NCBI GenBank assembly: GCA_051942245.1
Contig: JAVECL010000206.1
Location: 1 to 36,200 of the forward strand
DNA: 36,200 nt
Direction of reading: 5' to 3'
Origin: Trypethelium eluteriae
Taxonomy: Eukaryota
Shown: positions 1-11,826 of the stretch, piece after piece
How the letters are laid out: each line of letters begins with the position of its first letter
How positions within the stretch are numbered: the stretch's first letter is position 1
Program-made: the position numbers and the translations under genes
The notes under the pieces: model-generated
What the model saw: the letters and a program-made list of their open reading frames with translations, nothing else
Told to the model about the DNA's origin: nothing
Database searches by the model: none

Positions 1-2
1 GG

Positions 3-122
3 TTTATGCTGGATGTGGGGCGGTCGAAGGAGGAGAAGGGGAAAGTGGCGGAGTACTTTGAGGAGGAGTGGGAGGAGGTTGAGGAGGAATTTGAGGTGGA
101 GGATGAGGACGAAGGGGCATAA
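3..122 (+). CDS. Probable 3' end of a gene entering from the left (acidic C-terminus)
   Basis: Frame 3 reads FMLDVGRSKEEKGKVAEYFEEEWEEVEEEFEVEDEDEGA then TAA at 120-122. It is convergent with the next gene. No family recognised. Confidence 0.4.
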   Translation, partial: FMLDVGRSKEEKGKVAEYFEEEWEEVEEEFEVEDEDEGA

Positions 123-734
123 ATACGTGGGGATCTCCTGGTGGTGAAATGACATGGCATGACACAAGGCGTTTAAGATGAGCATGTATTGAGTTCTTAT
201 GATACCACGGAAATGGCACTACTTTTTCATCTTCATCAATACTACCTCTTGGAGCATCGGGGCTAACCTTGTGAAGCTACGATCAATTTTGCATATACTA
301 ACTCAGAACGGAATAAGTATCCTTGTAAAGCCTGACATTTGCAGAATGGGCCTACGGCGAGGAGTGCGCCATCAGAGTTTAGTTCGTGAACCTAGTGGAC
401 TCCATTTAACAGTGCGAGAGAAATAAGAAATCGTTGGATATTTGTTTCCAAAGATGATTTGGATAGAAATGCAAGGATCTGAAAAATGATGCCACGTGTG
501 CTCAAACTTTACCTCGTTTACCAATGCGTAGTTGCTTCATCGGCTCTGTGATCTGGAAAGTGGTGATAGGAAGTCTGATATTGGGTATTGCATAGTATTC
601 TTGTATCGCATAGGGCATAGATGCCTTCCGAATATCATACACAACATCCGATCTGGACTAGTCTTCCAATTCCCCTCATCTCCGCAAGCAAGTTTTCCTG
701 CAAGTGCAGCCTCACCCGTGTATGAAGATAGGCT

Positions 735-3273
735 TCAGTCCATCCACCGATCGTCACCATCTGCCACGTCATAATCTATTCCCTCTCCAATAACTAGTTC
801 AGCTCCATCATTGCTCTCTGCCACATCTGTACCACCGCGTAGGTTCGCTACCGGATCTTCTGACATCGTAGTATCGGAATCGGGACCAGCTGTACGTTTC
901 GCTGAGGGAAGAGGTACAGACGACGTCGCAGCGGTTGTGGATATTTGCGTATTGGGAACCCAAGAGAGTTCGACGGCGCCAATGTGAGGGATAGAGGTTG
1001 TACTGGTGAAGAACTAGGGTAAACGTATTAGCATCTGGGAAGGGAATTCTTGAGATCGTAGAGCGCGAAGGGGCGTAGAGCAGATCGAAGATGGGGGATG
1101 ATAGGTGCTGACCTTTTCAGCAAGCCAGCGTTCCTTGAAGACTACGATGTGAGCGTCTTGACGATCAGGATGGGGCTCCAGGGATTCGAACTCGGTGCCA
1201 CTCTGTGAGACTCATCAGCAATTCGAACTTGCTTTTCCCGGAAGGCAGGGAGAAGGCAAGACTCACGAAGATCAAATACTGCCTCAAAGCTTCATCCTTC
1301 TCACCATCCCATTCCTGCGCTGGCACTGCAACAGCAACGTTCCTCGGCCGGTTGTCTAGTCTCTTCACGGCTCCTCCCCTGGGTGCAAAACCACCTCTTC
1401 CCCGCAATCCAGCGTAGCCGGCTCGCGAAGGATCATATTCACGACCGCGTCCCCGCCCACGATAGGGGCTAAACCCTCTACCTCTGGGTGCATAGCCTTG
1501 CTGCCACGCATCATCAGAACTAATCCCCATGCTCTCAGCCTCAGCCTCTAGTTCTGCCAGCTTGGCCCTTAAAGAATTAGTCTGATTAGTTGTCGTTTCA
1601 TCAGCTATTTCGCCATTCGTGCCAGCAGAAATCGGTGCAACGTTGCTGCCACCGTCTGCTCCAATCCCCGGACTCACTGCTTTAGTAGAACCATTCCCAG
1701 CCTTAGCAACAAGCCTCTCATAGAGTTTCTTACGTTCTTCAGCCTGGGCTTTCAACTTGGCATCTAGTTCTTCGCGTTTCGACGCTGCTTCACTGAGCGC
1801 TTTCTGCTTTTCCTCAAAGGCTTTTTGCGCTTCCTCTTGCTTTCTGGCAAATTCGACCGGATCGTAGGCTGTTTCTTCTACACCTTCCATGGCGTCATTC
1901 TCACCTCTGGATTTACCACTTGGATGGCCGCTGATCGGTGATTTCTGGAGCGAGTCGGGCTTGTACCAAAATACCTTGACGAATCGATTGTCAAAGATGA
2001 CTTTTGGACTATCCCAAGCGCGTTTAGCGGACTCGTAGTCGCTAAAGCGCACGATTGCAAGATGCCTATAGGCCTGCATGGTGACTTCTTCTATCGAACC
2101 GAACTCAGAGAAGAAACCTCGAACGGCCTCTTCTGAGAAATTCTCTTCAGGAATCTGCTCAACCACGATCGTGGTATTAGACTTGTCATGATTTGGTCCT
2201 GCGTGCGAGAAATCTGCTCGCTTATATCCCCTGCTGCCGTTCATGCGACCTCTATCACCGCGGCCACGAGATTCGCGGCCCCGAAAGCCGCGATTCGAGT
2301 TGCGGTTGTAGTCTGACTCTGCATTGCCATTGGATGACTTGGGGTTGTCTAAATTCATCGCAGCATTAGCAGGGTCGTACTCCTCTTGCTCTTGGCCTGA
2401 GACGGGAATGTGATCCTGGCCGTGCTCATACGGACACTGACTGCCCATCGCGCAGTAGCCTCGAGTATCGTAGTCTAAGCACCTTTGTCTGACTTTACTT
2501 GAGCGCCTCATGTTGTTCGAGGGTGACCCTTGCGAACCCGGCGGAGAGAAAACCGGCGAGGGCTGTTGAAAATATGTTGGCGAGCCCGCATGAGGCAATT
2601 GTGGCATGTTAGGTGGCAGAGGCGGCATACCAAGCGCCTGCATAGCCATTATCGCAGCGAGGGGATTATTAGGGTCGAGAGGAGGAAAACCTGCTGGAGG
2701 CGTGGGCATTGCTGGGACGTTGGGAACTTGAAGGTGTAGCCCTAGGTTAATGTCCTGTGGGCGTGCAGCGCGGCCAGACGTATGGTGTGCCCTATTGCCT
2801 CGACGCATTTGCTTTAGGCCCCTTTCACCTCCCACGCCCCTGCCATAATGTGGATCTCGTCCATCAACAGCATCTCTGTCAATGTATCCCCGCTTGCGCG
2901 AATGGTCGCTCCGGTTGCCATTTGGTGCTCCGGAAGCTTTCGAAGTCGCTGATGCGGTAGTAGGACCTGATGGAGGATGGAAAGGTGTGGCCGTCGAAGG
3001 TGGTTGAGTCTGTGGAGGCGGCTTGTAGTCAGGTAAATAGGTTTTGTTACGAACGGCGAAGAACACATCGTCTACGAACTGAGTCGTATGTTCCCCAAGG
3101 AAGTCTTCGAGCTGTTCCAGACTGCTTTCCCGGACGCGACTGTCGTCTTCTTGGGACCTGAACAGAGCAAGAACATAATCCGACAGCACATCGGGGTCTG
3201 CATCTGAAATGACTTCGAGCTTCTCCTTAGCCCATTCTTTGAGTAGCTTAGCTTCTGCATCGTCCAACTTCAT
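735..3273 (-). CDS. PWI + CCCH zinc finger + RRM RNA-binding protein (RBM26/RBM27, S. pombe Rmn1-like), 3 exons
   Basis: N-terminal PWI-like segment (LKEWAKEKLEVISDADPDVLSDYVLAL), CCCH finger (CLDYDTRGYCAMGSQCPYEH), RRM (TTIVVEQIPEE...VIFDNRFVKVFW), coiled coil and RG-rich tracts. Introns 1266-1203 (GTGAGT..CAG) and 1112-1014 (GTCAGC..GCTAAT..TAG) restore a second RRM-like segment. The protein ends ...DYDVADGDDRWMD, with TGA at 737-735. Confidence 0.93.
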
Positions 3274-3859
3274 TCTGGTAGCTGTGTGAATAGAATCACG
3301 ATGCTTTGAGCATGAATCCTTGAGCAGGTGGGGATAAAGGGCTTCAAAAGCCTGATTTGCGTCCGTTGATGTCGAGTCTCGAGCTACAAGGAATGAAGCA
3401 TGAGATCAGAGATGGAACATGGATTGTGAGAAATCAGCTACTGAAGCAGAGCTGAAACCTAGGACGACGTTACATTCGTGATCCGGCGAGTGAACGACCG
3501 CGTGAAAGTCGAAGTACCATCAATCTCAAAAAGTTGTTAGACGACACTTAGCCGGGAGTGATCGTCATCCCCAGTCTCATGATCACGTGATTGCGCGTGA
3601 AGCTGCCAAGCACCTCCTAAGGCAGGCAGGCATAGCCGGCGCGATCTTCCATCATTTTTACTTGACCTATGCTCACCTTCTCAGAACTTATCATGTTACT
3701 CTAGCTTACATTAGCTTTGGATGACTTTCCGCAATTTCCCAAGTGAACTACCCGAGTGATCTCGCCTAAGATGCATACCACAAAGACGTGATCTATCGCG
3801 ACCCTCCTTCCACCTAACGAGCGCGCGCTTATCGAGCACTGCTACACAGCCGGCTAGCC

Positions 3860-4117
3860 ATGCGTCTTGTAAAAAACGAGAAACGCGGTAGGCTCAGCCT
3901 AATCGAATACAACCAAGACATGCCTCGAGATGCCATACTCTCGCACACGTGGAGATGTGATGGCGAGGAGGTTACCACTAAAGACTTTATCGAAGGCACT
4001 GGCAGGAACAAGGCAGGCTACAAGAAGATAGAATTCTGCCAAAAGCAAAGTGGGGAGGATGGTCTATCACATTTCTGGATAGACACCTGCTGCACTATAT
4101 GGAGTGCCTCTCGATGA
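3860..4117 (+). pseudogene. Truncated HET-domain gene (N-terminus of a HET-E-like protein)
   Basis: AILSHTW..EEVT.KD...G.G..KAGYKKIEFC..Q...DGLSHFWIDTCC matches the HET domain. Similarity stops right after WIDTCC (about 4093), where IDK..ELSEAINSM is expected. TE-like relics follow. Confidence 0.85.
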
Positions 4118-4165
4118 CAATGTCTTATCAGAAAAGCGATATATGCCGCCGAGAATGACGGAAGT

Positions 4166-4658
4166 TGTCATCTTGTTTTAATATCTAAATTGGGTTAGAT
4201 GTACTTTTCATTACTTATCCAATTGAAATCTATATCAATTTAAAATCTTATTCCTGAAAGCGGCTGAGATTAGGGCATAGGCCTCCTTTAAATCCTTGTC
4301 GAGTTTACTCCGTATCTTAGTCTGATTCGAATAATCAGGTCAGGCCCATACCAATCGCAGGGTCGGAGAAGACGAGTGGGCAATAAGCAGCCTGAACCAT
4401 CATGGCTGAGCCTCTCTAAGCAAGCTTGAGCGTGCCCTGAGCAGCCGTGATCCAGCATGATCCAGCACGAGCCAACATGAGCCCTGTCTGAGCCCAGCAT
4501 GAGCCCGGCCTAGGAAGCACGAGCCTACCTAGTTTGAGCAAGCGTGGTTCCACCTCGATGGTGCCTGGGTCCTAGACTTGGGACCCTCTAAGGAGTACGT
4601 CCCAGAGAGGGTCCCCACTCTGGGACTCGTAGTCTATGTATGTGATAAGAAGAAGACA
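4166..4658. mobile_element. Possible solo LTR or small TE relic
   Basis: Termini TGTCATCTT...AAGAAGACA form an 8/9 inverted match. Inside are CAYGAKCC-type short repeats (about 4400-4530) and hairpins (4580-4626). No target-site duplication seen. Confidence 0.35.
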
Positions 4659-4667
4659 ATGTCGTAA

Positions 4668-4951
4668 TGTCAGGATTTGATGAAACAGGCAGAGGAGCAA
4701 GCACGAGACGAAAGCATGTGAATTGAATTAAGGAAGCTATTCTAGGAGGTAGCGGGCGCTCAAATTATATAGCTAGCTAGCCGCTGATCTACTTCTTAAA
4801 TAGGCAATGATGAAGCTCACGAAATGGCGGTGAGAATGTGAAAGTATAGGCACATATCGCCACCATATAGATCAACTGCACTTCCCTCACAATTACTGCC
4901 GGAAGTGTGGAAACATGCATATAAGCATCACAGCGTGTGGACTTAATAACA
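4668..4951 (-). mobile_element. Possible solo LTR
   Basis: TGT...ACA ends, 284 bp. The minus strand has CTATATAA followed by a pyrimidine-rich tract and ends CCTGACA, a typical fungal LTR layout. No TSD. Confidence 0.4.
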
Positions 4952-4952
4952 C

Positions 4953-5253
4953 TGTCAGAACCAGGTCTATCTATAGACATTGGATAAATAGCGAATGAAT
5001 CATGTTAGCTTAGTTGAAGTAGGAGACGACAATTCGAAACACATCGAACGAGAAAGTAGAAAATGTTTTAAAGGTAGTGGCCGGCTCAGTGGGACCCCGG
5101 CTCGCCCTATAAATAGCTTCGCGTCAGTATTTGTTCATTCAGTTCTTTCCCATCTCCTTTTTACTAATACTCGCTGTGAAATTTCGGACCACATATATTG
5201 TTGGTGGAATCGAACGATCTGTACGTGCATTTGTCTACCAAACCAATCTGACG
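4953..5253 (+). mobile_element. Possible solo LTR abutting a pogo fragment
   Basis: Termini TGTCAGA...TCTGACG (6/7 inverted match) and an internal CTATAAATAG. The right end coincides with the point where the pogo transposase fragment is cut. Confidence 0.45.
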
Positions 5254-5532
5254 CTTTGTTGTGTTAAAAGTTTCGCTGTCCTATACCATCATCTGTGGCT
5301 TCAGTTCTGCTCTTGGTGATACCTCTGTGGCGGCGCGACAATGTCAAACGGTTCACTCCATAGACCTCAGCCAGCTGGCTGTGATAAGGACGCTCATGCG
5401 CATTAGCTGCTTTGAGAGCTGCTTCGATTGAGCCTATTTGGTGGAGTTACTCGAATTCGAATACGTTGAGCCAGGGGGAAGTTGCGTGTGCATTCTGTGG
5501 GTCTGTGGTGCGATCCTCTTCAACAGTCTGTT
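5254..5532 (-). mobile_element. 5' fragment of a pogo/Fot1-type DNA transposon (HTH_psq region)
   Basis: Minus-strand translation from ATA at 5437 (probable mutated ATG) gives GSIEAALKAANAHERPYHSQLAEVYGVNRLTLSRRHRGITKSRTEA, the characteristic N-terminal HTH of fungal pogo transposases. A candidate terminus (ACAGACTGTTGAAGAGGATCGCACCAC) lies next to a TA at 5533-5534. Not in the ORF track. Confidence 0.75.
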
Positions 5533-6291
5533 TATCATGGGACAAGGCAGTTTCCACTTGGTTGGCTAGAGTGCGTAGACAGAATTTGATGTTGTTCACT
5601 GAGCTAGGACGACAAACTGCCGCATCACAATGACGACGAACTGACATATCACGGGATCTGAAGCAGTAGTAGTAGTTGCACGAAACCTATATATAGAGGC
5701 TCCTACGCCTGATTTCTGGAGAGATAATTGAGTTCCTTTCCTCCACCTCAGATAAAGATGCTCAAATAACATCAGAATTATGCCAATGTATCACTTAATG
5801 CGTTCGAGTTCCTACCCGTGCTAGGCATAACTATTGTTGGCTCTGGAGGGACGGCTGTCAAAATCTTTGACAGTCAAACAGAGGCTTCAAACCGATCACC
5901 AAGGCCGGCCGGACACGTGCACGGGAGATAGAGGCCGTGGACGGTCTTCAAGGAGAGGACCAGCTTCGCACGAAAGAACCAGGCCGTAAACCTCCTAAAA
6001 AGAGATTACAAAAGATCACAAATAAAGGCACAAGGCTGCAAGCAATGAAACAAGCAACCCCACATACACGTGACTGTCGAAGCCCGGGATGTCGATTCCA
6101 GCTGAATTCTTCGCTCTCAACTACACAAGTATCTCGAGGTGTACTTCACATTTCGTTTCTTGGACCAAATCTTTGTGCTACGTTGATAGACTATTCGCTC
6201 TGTTCTGTCACTGCCTCTAGGTCTTGGAGCCTTGATAGTCTATCAAGATCTCCTTCCGAACTTTCACTCACGAGGCTGTGACTTCGCGAAT

Positions 6292-8594
6292 ATGGCGATC
6301 TGTGAGTATTGCTCTGAACAATTTTTCCATGCCCCATGGCAATCTGGTGAGCGCCAAAAAGACCATCATGCTACTCTTGATGGTTGGACGAAATCTGTCG
6401 AGGCTGCGTGTACAATATGTACGCTCCTCTTTGAGCACTTCAAGACTGCTATACAGACGAGTAAAAAGGGAACCACAGTCAAGGAAGACGACAGGAAACC
6501 CAATAAGCTCAAAAAGGAGCGAGATAATTACACTCGAACCAATAGTTCAGAGACAATGTTGTTGGGCTGGGCGAACCGTCATTGTGCCCTTCGAGATATT
6601 AAATTTCCAGTCTATCAGGCGAGCATCCAAGACGCGGGAGGTAGGGAAGCATGGGCCCTGAGATTTCAACCGCGATCAGGACTCTTCCTCGCCGAAGACC
6701 AGCTGACTTTAACTAATCAAAGCTTCTTCGTCTATGCTGCTGATTGTAGGTACTGCGTGTGGGCTCCTGGTGCCCATGTAACAGCTGACGGAAGTTTACC
6801 ATACAGACGACGGCGCCCCCGAGTCAACCGTCAATCTGGCAGAAAACACCCAAAGCACAACGACGTTCGAGCAAATCAGACAGTGGATTCAGCTCTGTGA
6901 GACGAATCACAAACAATGCAAGAGTCTACATGAGAAACGTCCACATGATGCTTGGGTACCACCACGGCTGATTGACGTGGGCACGTCTGATTCCCCTGTC
7001 CTGCGACTTGTCTTGACAGAGAACAAAGCAGGCTCAGCGTACGGCAAGTACGTGACAATAAGGTGGGGATAAGCGGCTGCTTTCTGCAACATTGTTGACC
7101 CATGTTAGTTACAAATGGGGCTATAACCCTAGTTATCTGCTTGAGAAGGGGAATTTAGATGAATTCTGCAACCGAATCGAGCGAGAAGAGATGCCACAAA
7201 CCTTTCAGGACGCCGTCTATGCCACACGGAAATTGGGTGTGCGCTATCTCTGGATTGACGCCCTGTGTATGCTGCAGAAAGATGATGAAGAATAGCTGCA
7301 AGAATCGCCCAAGATGCAAGAAGTCTACGGCAACGCGTACCTCAGCTTGGCTGCTGTAAGTGCAGACAACTGTGAGCACGGGCTTTTCCGGCAGCGTACA
7401 TCGAGCGGGGCACCGCCATTTGTCGTTTCTGTCAAGTGGGGCCGCCGGACTACCAAGTCTGTAGTGGTCCGTGAAGACTTCTGGCAAGGTGAAGTATTGT
7501 CCGAGCCTATGTGTCCCCGAGGATGGGTCTTGCAGGAGCGCATGCTGGCCCCCAAGATTCTCCATTTTCAGCGACGACAGGTTTTGTGGCAGTGTCCCAG
7601 TCTGACCGCTTGCGAGGCGATCCTAGAGGGACTATCCTTGGTCGTCGATGACGAGCGAAAGTACGAGCTCCGATGGCGACAAATATTCCACCGGCCAAAG
7701 TCTTTGGAGCTCTCGAAGAACGATAGAGCTGATTTGCAAGAAGTCTGGCGACTGGCTGTTGAACGTTACTCTGAGTGTCATCTAACGAAGAACAGCGACA
7801 AACTCATGGCCATTGCTGGCATCGCCAAGAAGATGCAGTCCGAGTTCAGGATTCCTCCTGACAATCGCGAGGAGCGCTACGTGGCTGGCTTATGGGGACA
7901 TTTGCTCGCCGAGCAGCTGGCATGGCGGGTCGATGAATGGCGTGAAGCCAAAGATGAGCCCTCATACCGCGCGCCTTCGTGGTCGTGGGCATCCGTTGAT
8001 GGAACTGTCCGAGTTCCCACCCGAATAACCACCAAACGAACGTATACCATGAAGATCGAACCGGGGGGTGTGAATTTAGTGCTAGCCGAAGCGGACAAGC
8101 CCACTGGATCCATCCTCTTCGCGTCTCTGACAGTAAAAGTGGAGCTATACCGGCCTTTAAAATTCTTCTCGCCTCAAAAGGACGCCGTGAAATGGACGTG
8201 GACAGGGGCTGAGCATGGTGAGTGTCGACTGTATCTGGACTGGCCCGTCGATTCGTACTCACTCAGTGAGGGTGTCAATGTCAAAGAGTATCCCAGCGAC
8301 AAATATTCTGGGTATCACTTAGAATGCCTGGCTGCCATGGTTGCATACGAGCAAGATCTGGAAAGTAATGGCAGTGAATCACCAACCTATTCTGGATTCG
8401 CACTCGCTTTGAAAAGTGGCAAGGCTGGACAAGCACGCATCTTCTGTCGTCTCGGGTTGATCGAGTTCCGCAGACTGACTGGCGATAGTTGGGAAGCACT
8501 ACGGAACGCAAAAGAGTTAAGGGCACAGGAGAAGGACGAGATCGCTCCATCCAATGATAGTGCCAAAGACAAACATGTCATTACTCTCCTATAG
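6292..8594 (+). pseudogene. Heterokaryon-incompatibility (HET, PF06985-type) domain protein, 3 exons, single in-frame TAG at 7293-7295
   Basis: ATG 6292; introns 6746-6806 and 7063-7108. The spliced product carries W..C...[73 protein letters not shown] and YRAPSWSWAS. The only lesion found is TAG in QKDDEE*LQESPKM. Confidence 0.88.
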
Positions 8595-8659
8595 CTTTGC
8601 TACCCAGCTTATGGCCGTCCGCGACCAAAGCCTTCTGACAAGCAAGGTCGCTAATCATC

Positions 8660-11484
8660 TTAGTAGCCTTTGATCAAATTGAAGACGTTACTTTGAGTGA
8701 TTTTGTTGCACGACTTTCTCTGGTTCTGTTGCGACCAATTAGGCACACAGTATCCCTTGGTCGGTCCCTTACCCCCATAACTGACACTTTGGCTTCTGGA
8801 GGATACATGGTTCATCTCCACACAATGGGTGGAGCCGCCACAGCTCGTGTTATCGCCATTGTAGCATTTTTTAGAGCAGATACCAAATGCTATTGGGGAA
8901 GAGCACGCGCCGCCCTGTCCACAGATTTTGCAGCCAAAAGTGACCTTGTAGCATTCAAAGCCGGATGGGCATTGGTTATTACCTTTCGTGTCGTCACAAA
9001 TTTTGAGGCCCGGCAGCGGGTCGCCGTCCCACAGGTTAGGAAAGTCCATGTCTTCAAAAGTTTTGTTTATCGGAGTCTCGACTGTTGAAAGGCCATGCAA
9101 GATGTGGAGAGCAGTCTTATCTTCAGCCGGTTCTGCAGGATGAGTGGTTGTTGGAGATGCTGTGACATTTCGTGATCCGGGCACACAAGATGACGGCTCC
9201 GTGAACGCCACCTCGTAAACATCCTGCCATAGACGGGTATAGTTGTAAAAGTTGGCAAATGTCCAGAATAGCCTACAGTCGGCAGGCATGTAAAGCACTT
9301 GGTTGGGAATTGTGTGATTGCGCTGAATCTGGTCTCGGAGAGTGAAGCCTGCAAAGACTCCCTGTATACCGGTATCAGGCGGTACCAGTGGCAGGCTCGC
9401 TGCGGCAGTGCTATTTTCGCCGGCCACTTCAAAGTCGTAGTACAGCTCATCATTCGAGTACGCTGCAGCCCCTCGCGAGCCGCTTGCTGCTTGTATTGGT
9501 CCATGTTCCGGGTGTCCGCCGATTGTGACAGTTCTGACGCCTTCTTCTCGCATCATCTCTACGAACAGCGAACAGCGAACACGTCGAGCCGCAGATGCCG
9601 TCTGTTAACATGACAATGTCTGTAGACTTCCAAGGTCGCGGCTCAGCACAAGATCGGTCGTAGAAACATGGACCCAGTTGGGTTTCTAGGGCTGCTTCGA
9701 CAAACAAGGGATTCGACAGGTCGTATTGTTGAACGAGGGTGAAATTATCTCCATTGTAGTGTTGTGGACCGGAAAACTCCGCCCAAGAGGTGAAGTTATC
9801 TCCTGTGAGTGCATTAATGCGATCCGTTACAACCCATTCCGAGCCTTGGTAGTCCTGAAATGTCTCGTTTGAAGGATCAACCGGCAAGGTCTGGAAATAA
9901 GAAGTAAAGGTCTCGCCGACGATGTTCGCATCGTGATGTGAGCGCATGCGACTGCCCGCAAAAGGTCTGGTATTTGGGAAAAACTAGCGCAGTCGTCAGT
10001 ACGTTCTGTCCTTGCTCAAACCCAACACACAATGGTACCTGGTCAAATAACCAAAACGCCAACGAGGTATCACCACCCGGATTCTGTTGAAGATCTATAA
10101 TGACTGTTTTCGCATGGCGCTTGGTTGCATTACCCACGAAATCAGTTACAGCCCGGCTAAATGTGACGATGCCCTCGCCGTATTGCTCAAAGCTGGGCAG
10201 ACTAAGGACTGCGGTTGAGATGTTCTCAAGGAAGTATCCGGTCAGAGCGCCACTGGAGAATTGGCCGAGGTCTTGCTGGTAGGTCATAGTATCGCAGGGA
10301 TACGCTGGGGAAGCTCCACACCAAGATGTTTGACGCTCAGCATCATTGTCAGGGTCACTAGCGTCTAGAGTAATGTTGGCTGAAGATGAGTTGCTGCTGC
10401 TGTAGTATGCCGCGAAAGCTGCGTTATAGTTAGCCGGAACTAGGCCAAGGAGGTAGAAATTGTAAAAGTCACCGCCAGTCGCGAGGGGCCCAGTGAAACC
10501 TGGACTGCCAAAGAGTGCGACCCAGCGGCTCTGAGCAGTGCTGCCGTTCTCGAATACCAAATTCATTTGGTCGCCAGCATAGAATGGTGCAGCTTCTGAG
10601 AAGGAGTTCAAGCCGAAGACCTCCTGAGCTGGGCTGGTCATGACTTGGTTCCAATCGGCATGAGGCTCGAGCATCCCAAAGGATTGCTGGCTAGCGAACG
10701 AGGACATATAGTCATTGGCGGCTATGCCGTTGACCGTGACAATAGCACTCGCATTACCGATGTCGAGCGTGCCTTGGTCGATTAGATCATCTTTCGCATG
10801 GTCAGTATTTCCGTGCAACGACCGACAGACCCTGGCATACCATAGACATAAAGTTTAGGTATTTGCTTGCCGTCCAGAGACAGACCGACAAGCCGAAAGG
10901 GGCTAAGATTGTGAATCAGAGCGGGACGCCAATGTCAGCCACGCTAGACACACCTGAAAAACGAAAAGGGGCCACTGATGCCTGCGTACACATATACATG
11001 TGTATCGTGAAGATTGCGTATGATGGCTTGGACGTCGCTCTCGAACGCATACTGGTTGTGGTATGCGCCAGCATGCACACGGCTCGTCTTGCCTTCCAGC
11101 GCCCCGAGGAAATCGAACGGAGCTTGTTGGTACCCTGGCGGGGGGTCTCGAACAAAAGCTGTGGTGGCATGAAATTGAAAGATTTGATTGAGGTATTGAA
11201 GGAATCGTAAAGCGACTGCAGAGTTGAAAGGAACGCTTGTCAAGCAGTCGAAAACGTCCGAAGCGTAGAACAGTACATCACCTGTCTCGGTTTGGTCAAG
11301 ATATGCTCTTGTTGATACAATGTCAACGTCAGCACGTACCCTGGTCCAAGTTGGCATTCACAATGTCACCGCACGCAGTCTCCTGCGGTTGCGGTGGATA
11401 ACGATTAATGTCGAACGAAGGACTGCGTGTCACTGCTTGGGCCGAGGCCAACGCTAGCCATAAACAGTACCAAAGCAGCAACAT
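8660..11484 (-). pseudogene. Secreted peptidase S41 family protein with a Cys-rich C-terminal extension; frameshifted by a 7-bp duplication
   Basis: Signal peptide MLLLWYCLWLALASAQA from ATG 11484. Four canonical introns join CLTSVPFN, Y.NQYAFE.D, LHDTH, VLSLPSF, VIIDLQQNPGG and the catalytic-Ser motif LTDGICGSTC. An extra GCTGTTC unit at 9562-9581 shifts the frame before VEMMREEGVRTVTIGG. Confidence 0.88.
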
Positions 11485-11826
11485 ATTGAATGAGTGTTTG
11501 ACAAAGAAATCATAGACGTGGCCGAACCCGAAACGAGAGTGATGGTTAGAAGCGGACTATTCGTTCAGAGCCAGGTGAAGACCACGAGCTTAACATCCGC
11601 ACTGTGAATGCTATTAAATAATAAGGTACGGAGGAGTATCTCTACCCCGGCCTCGCAAGGCCTCCAATGCTGCAGAGGCAATGCACGCTCAAGGGGATCA
11701 CCAGTCACAAGGTTGGAGTTGGTGGGTCCGTCCGGAGCCCTCATCGAATAAAAACACGCCGGAACCATATCACCTATCATACCATGTGAAGGCGTTGACA
11801 ACGGCGGAGCAAGCATCCTCCGGCAA

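Noticed and set aside
4..219. Pro-rich 71-aa minus-strand ORF
   Set aside because: It is the shadow of a GAG-rich plus-strand acidic coding end; low complexity only.
1165..1266. C-terminus VSLAFSLPSGK...IPGAPS of the 702-aa ORF
   Set aside because: It is read-through into an intron (GTGAGT donor at 1266). The true frame continues in two further exons to 735.
3582..3591. ATCACGTGAT palindrome (E-box) upstream of the RRM gene
   Set aside because: A plausible bHLH site, but a single common motif cannot be supported from sequence alone.
5855..5873. CTGTCAAA-ATC-TTTGACAG inverted repeat upstream of the HET gene, resembling the PPT-adjacent dyad
   Set aside because: The spacing differs and 8-bp arms occur by chance in 36 kb; there is no independent support.
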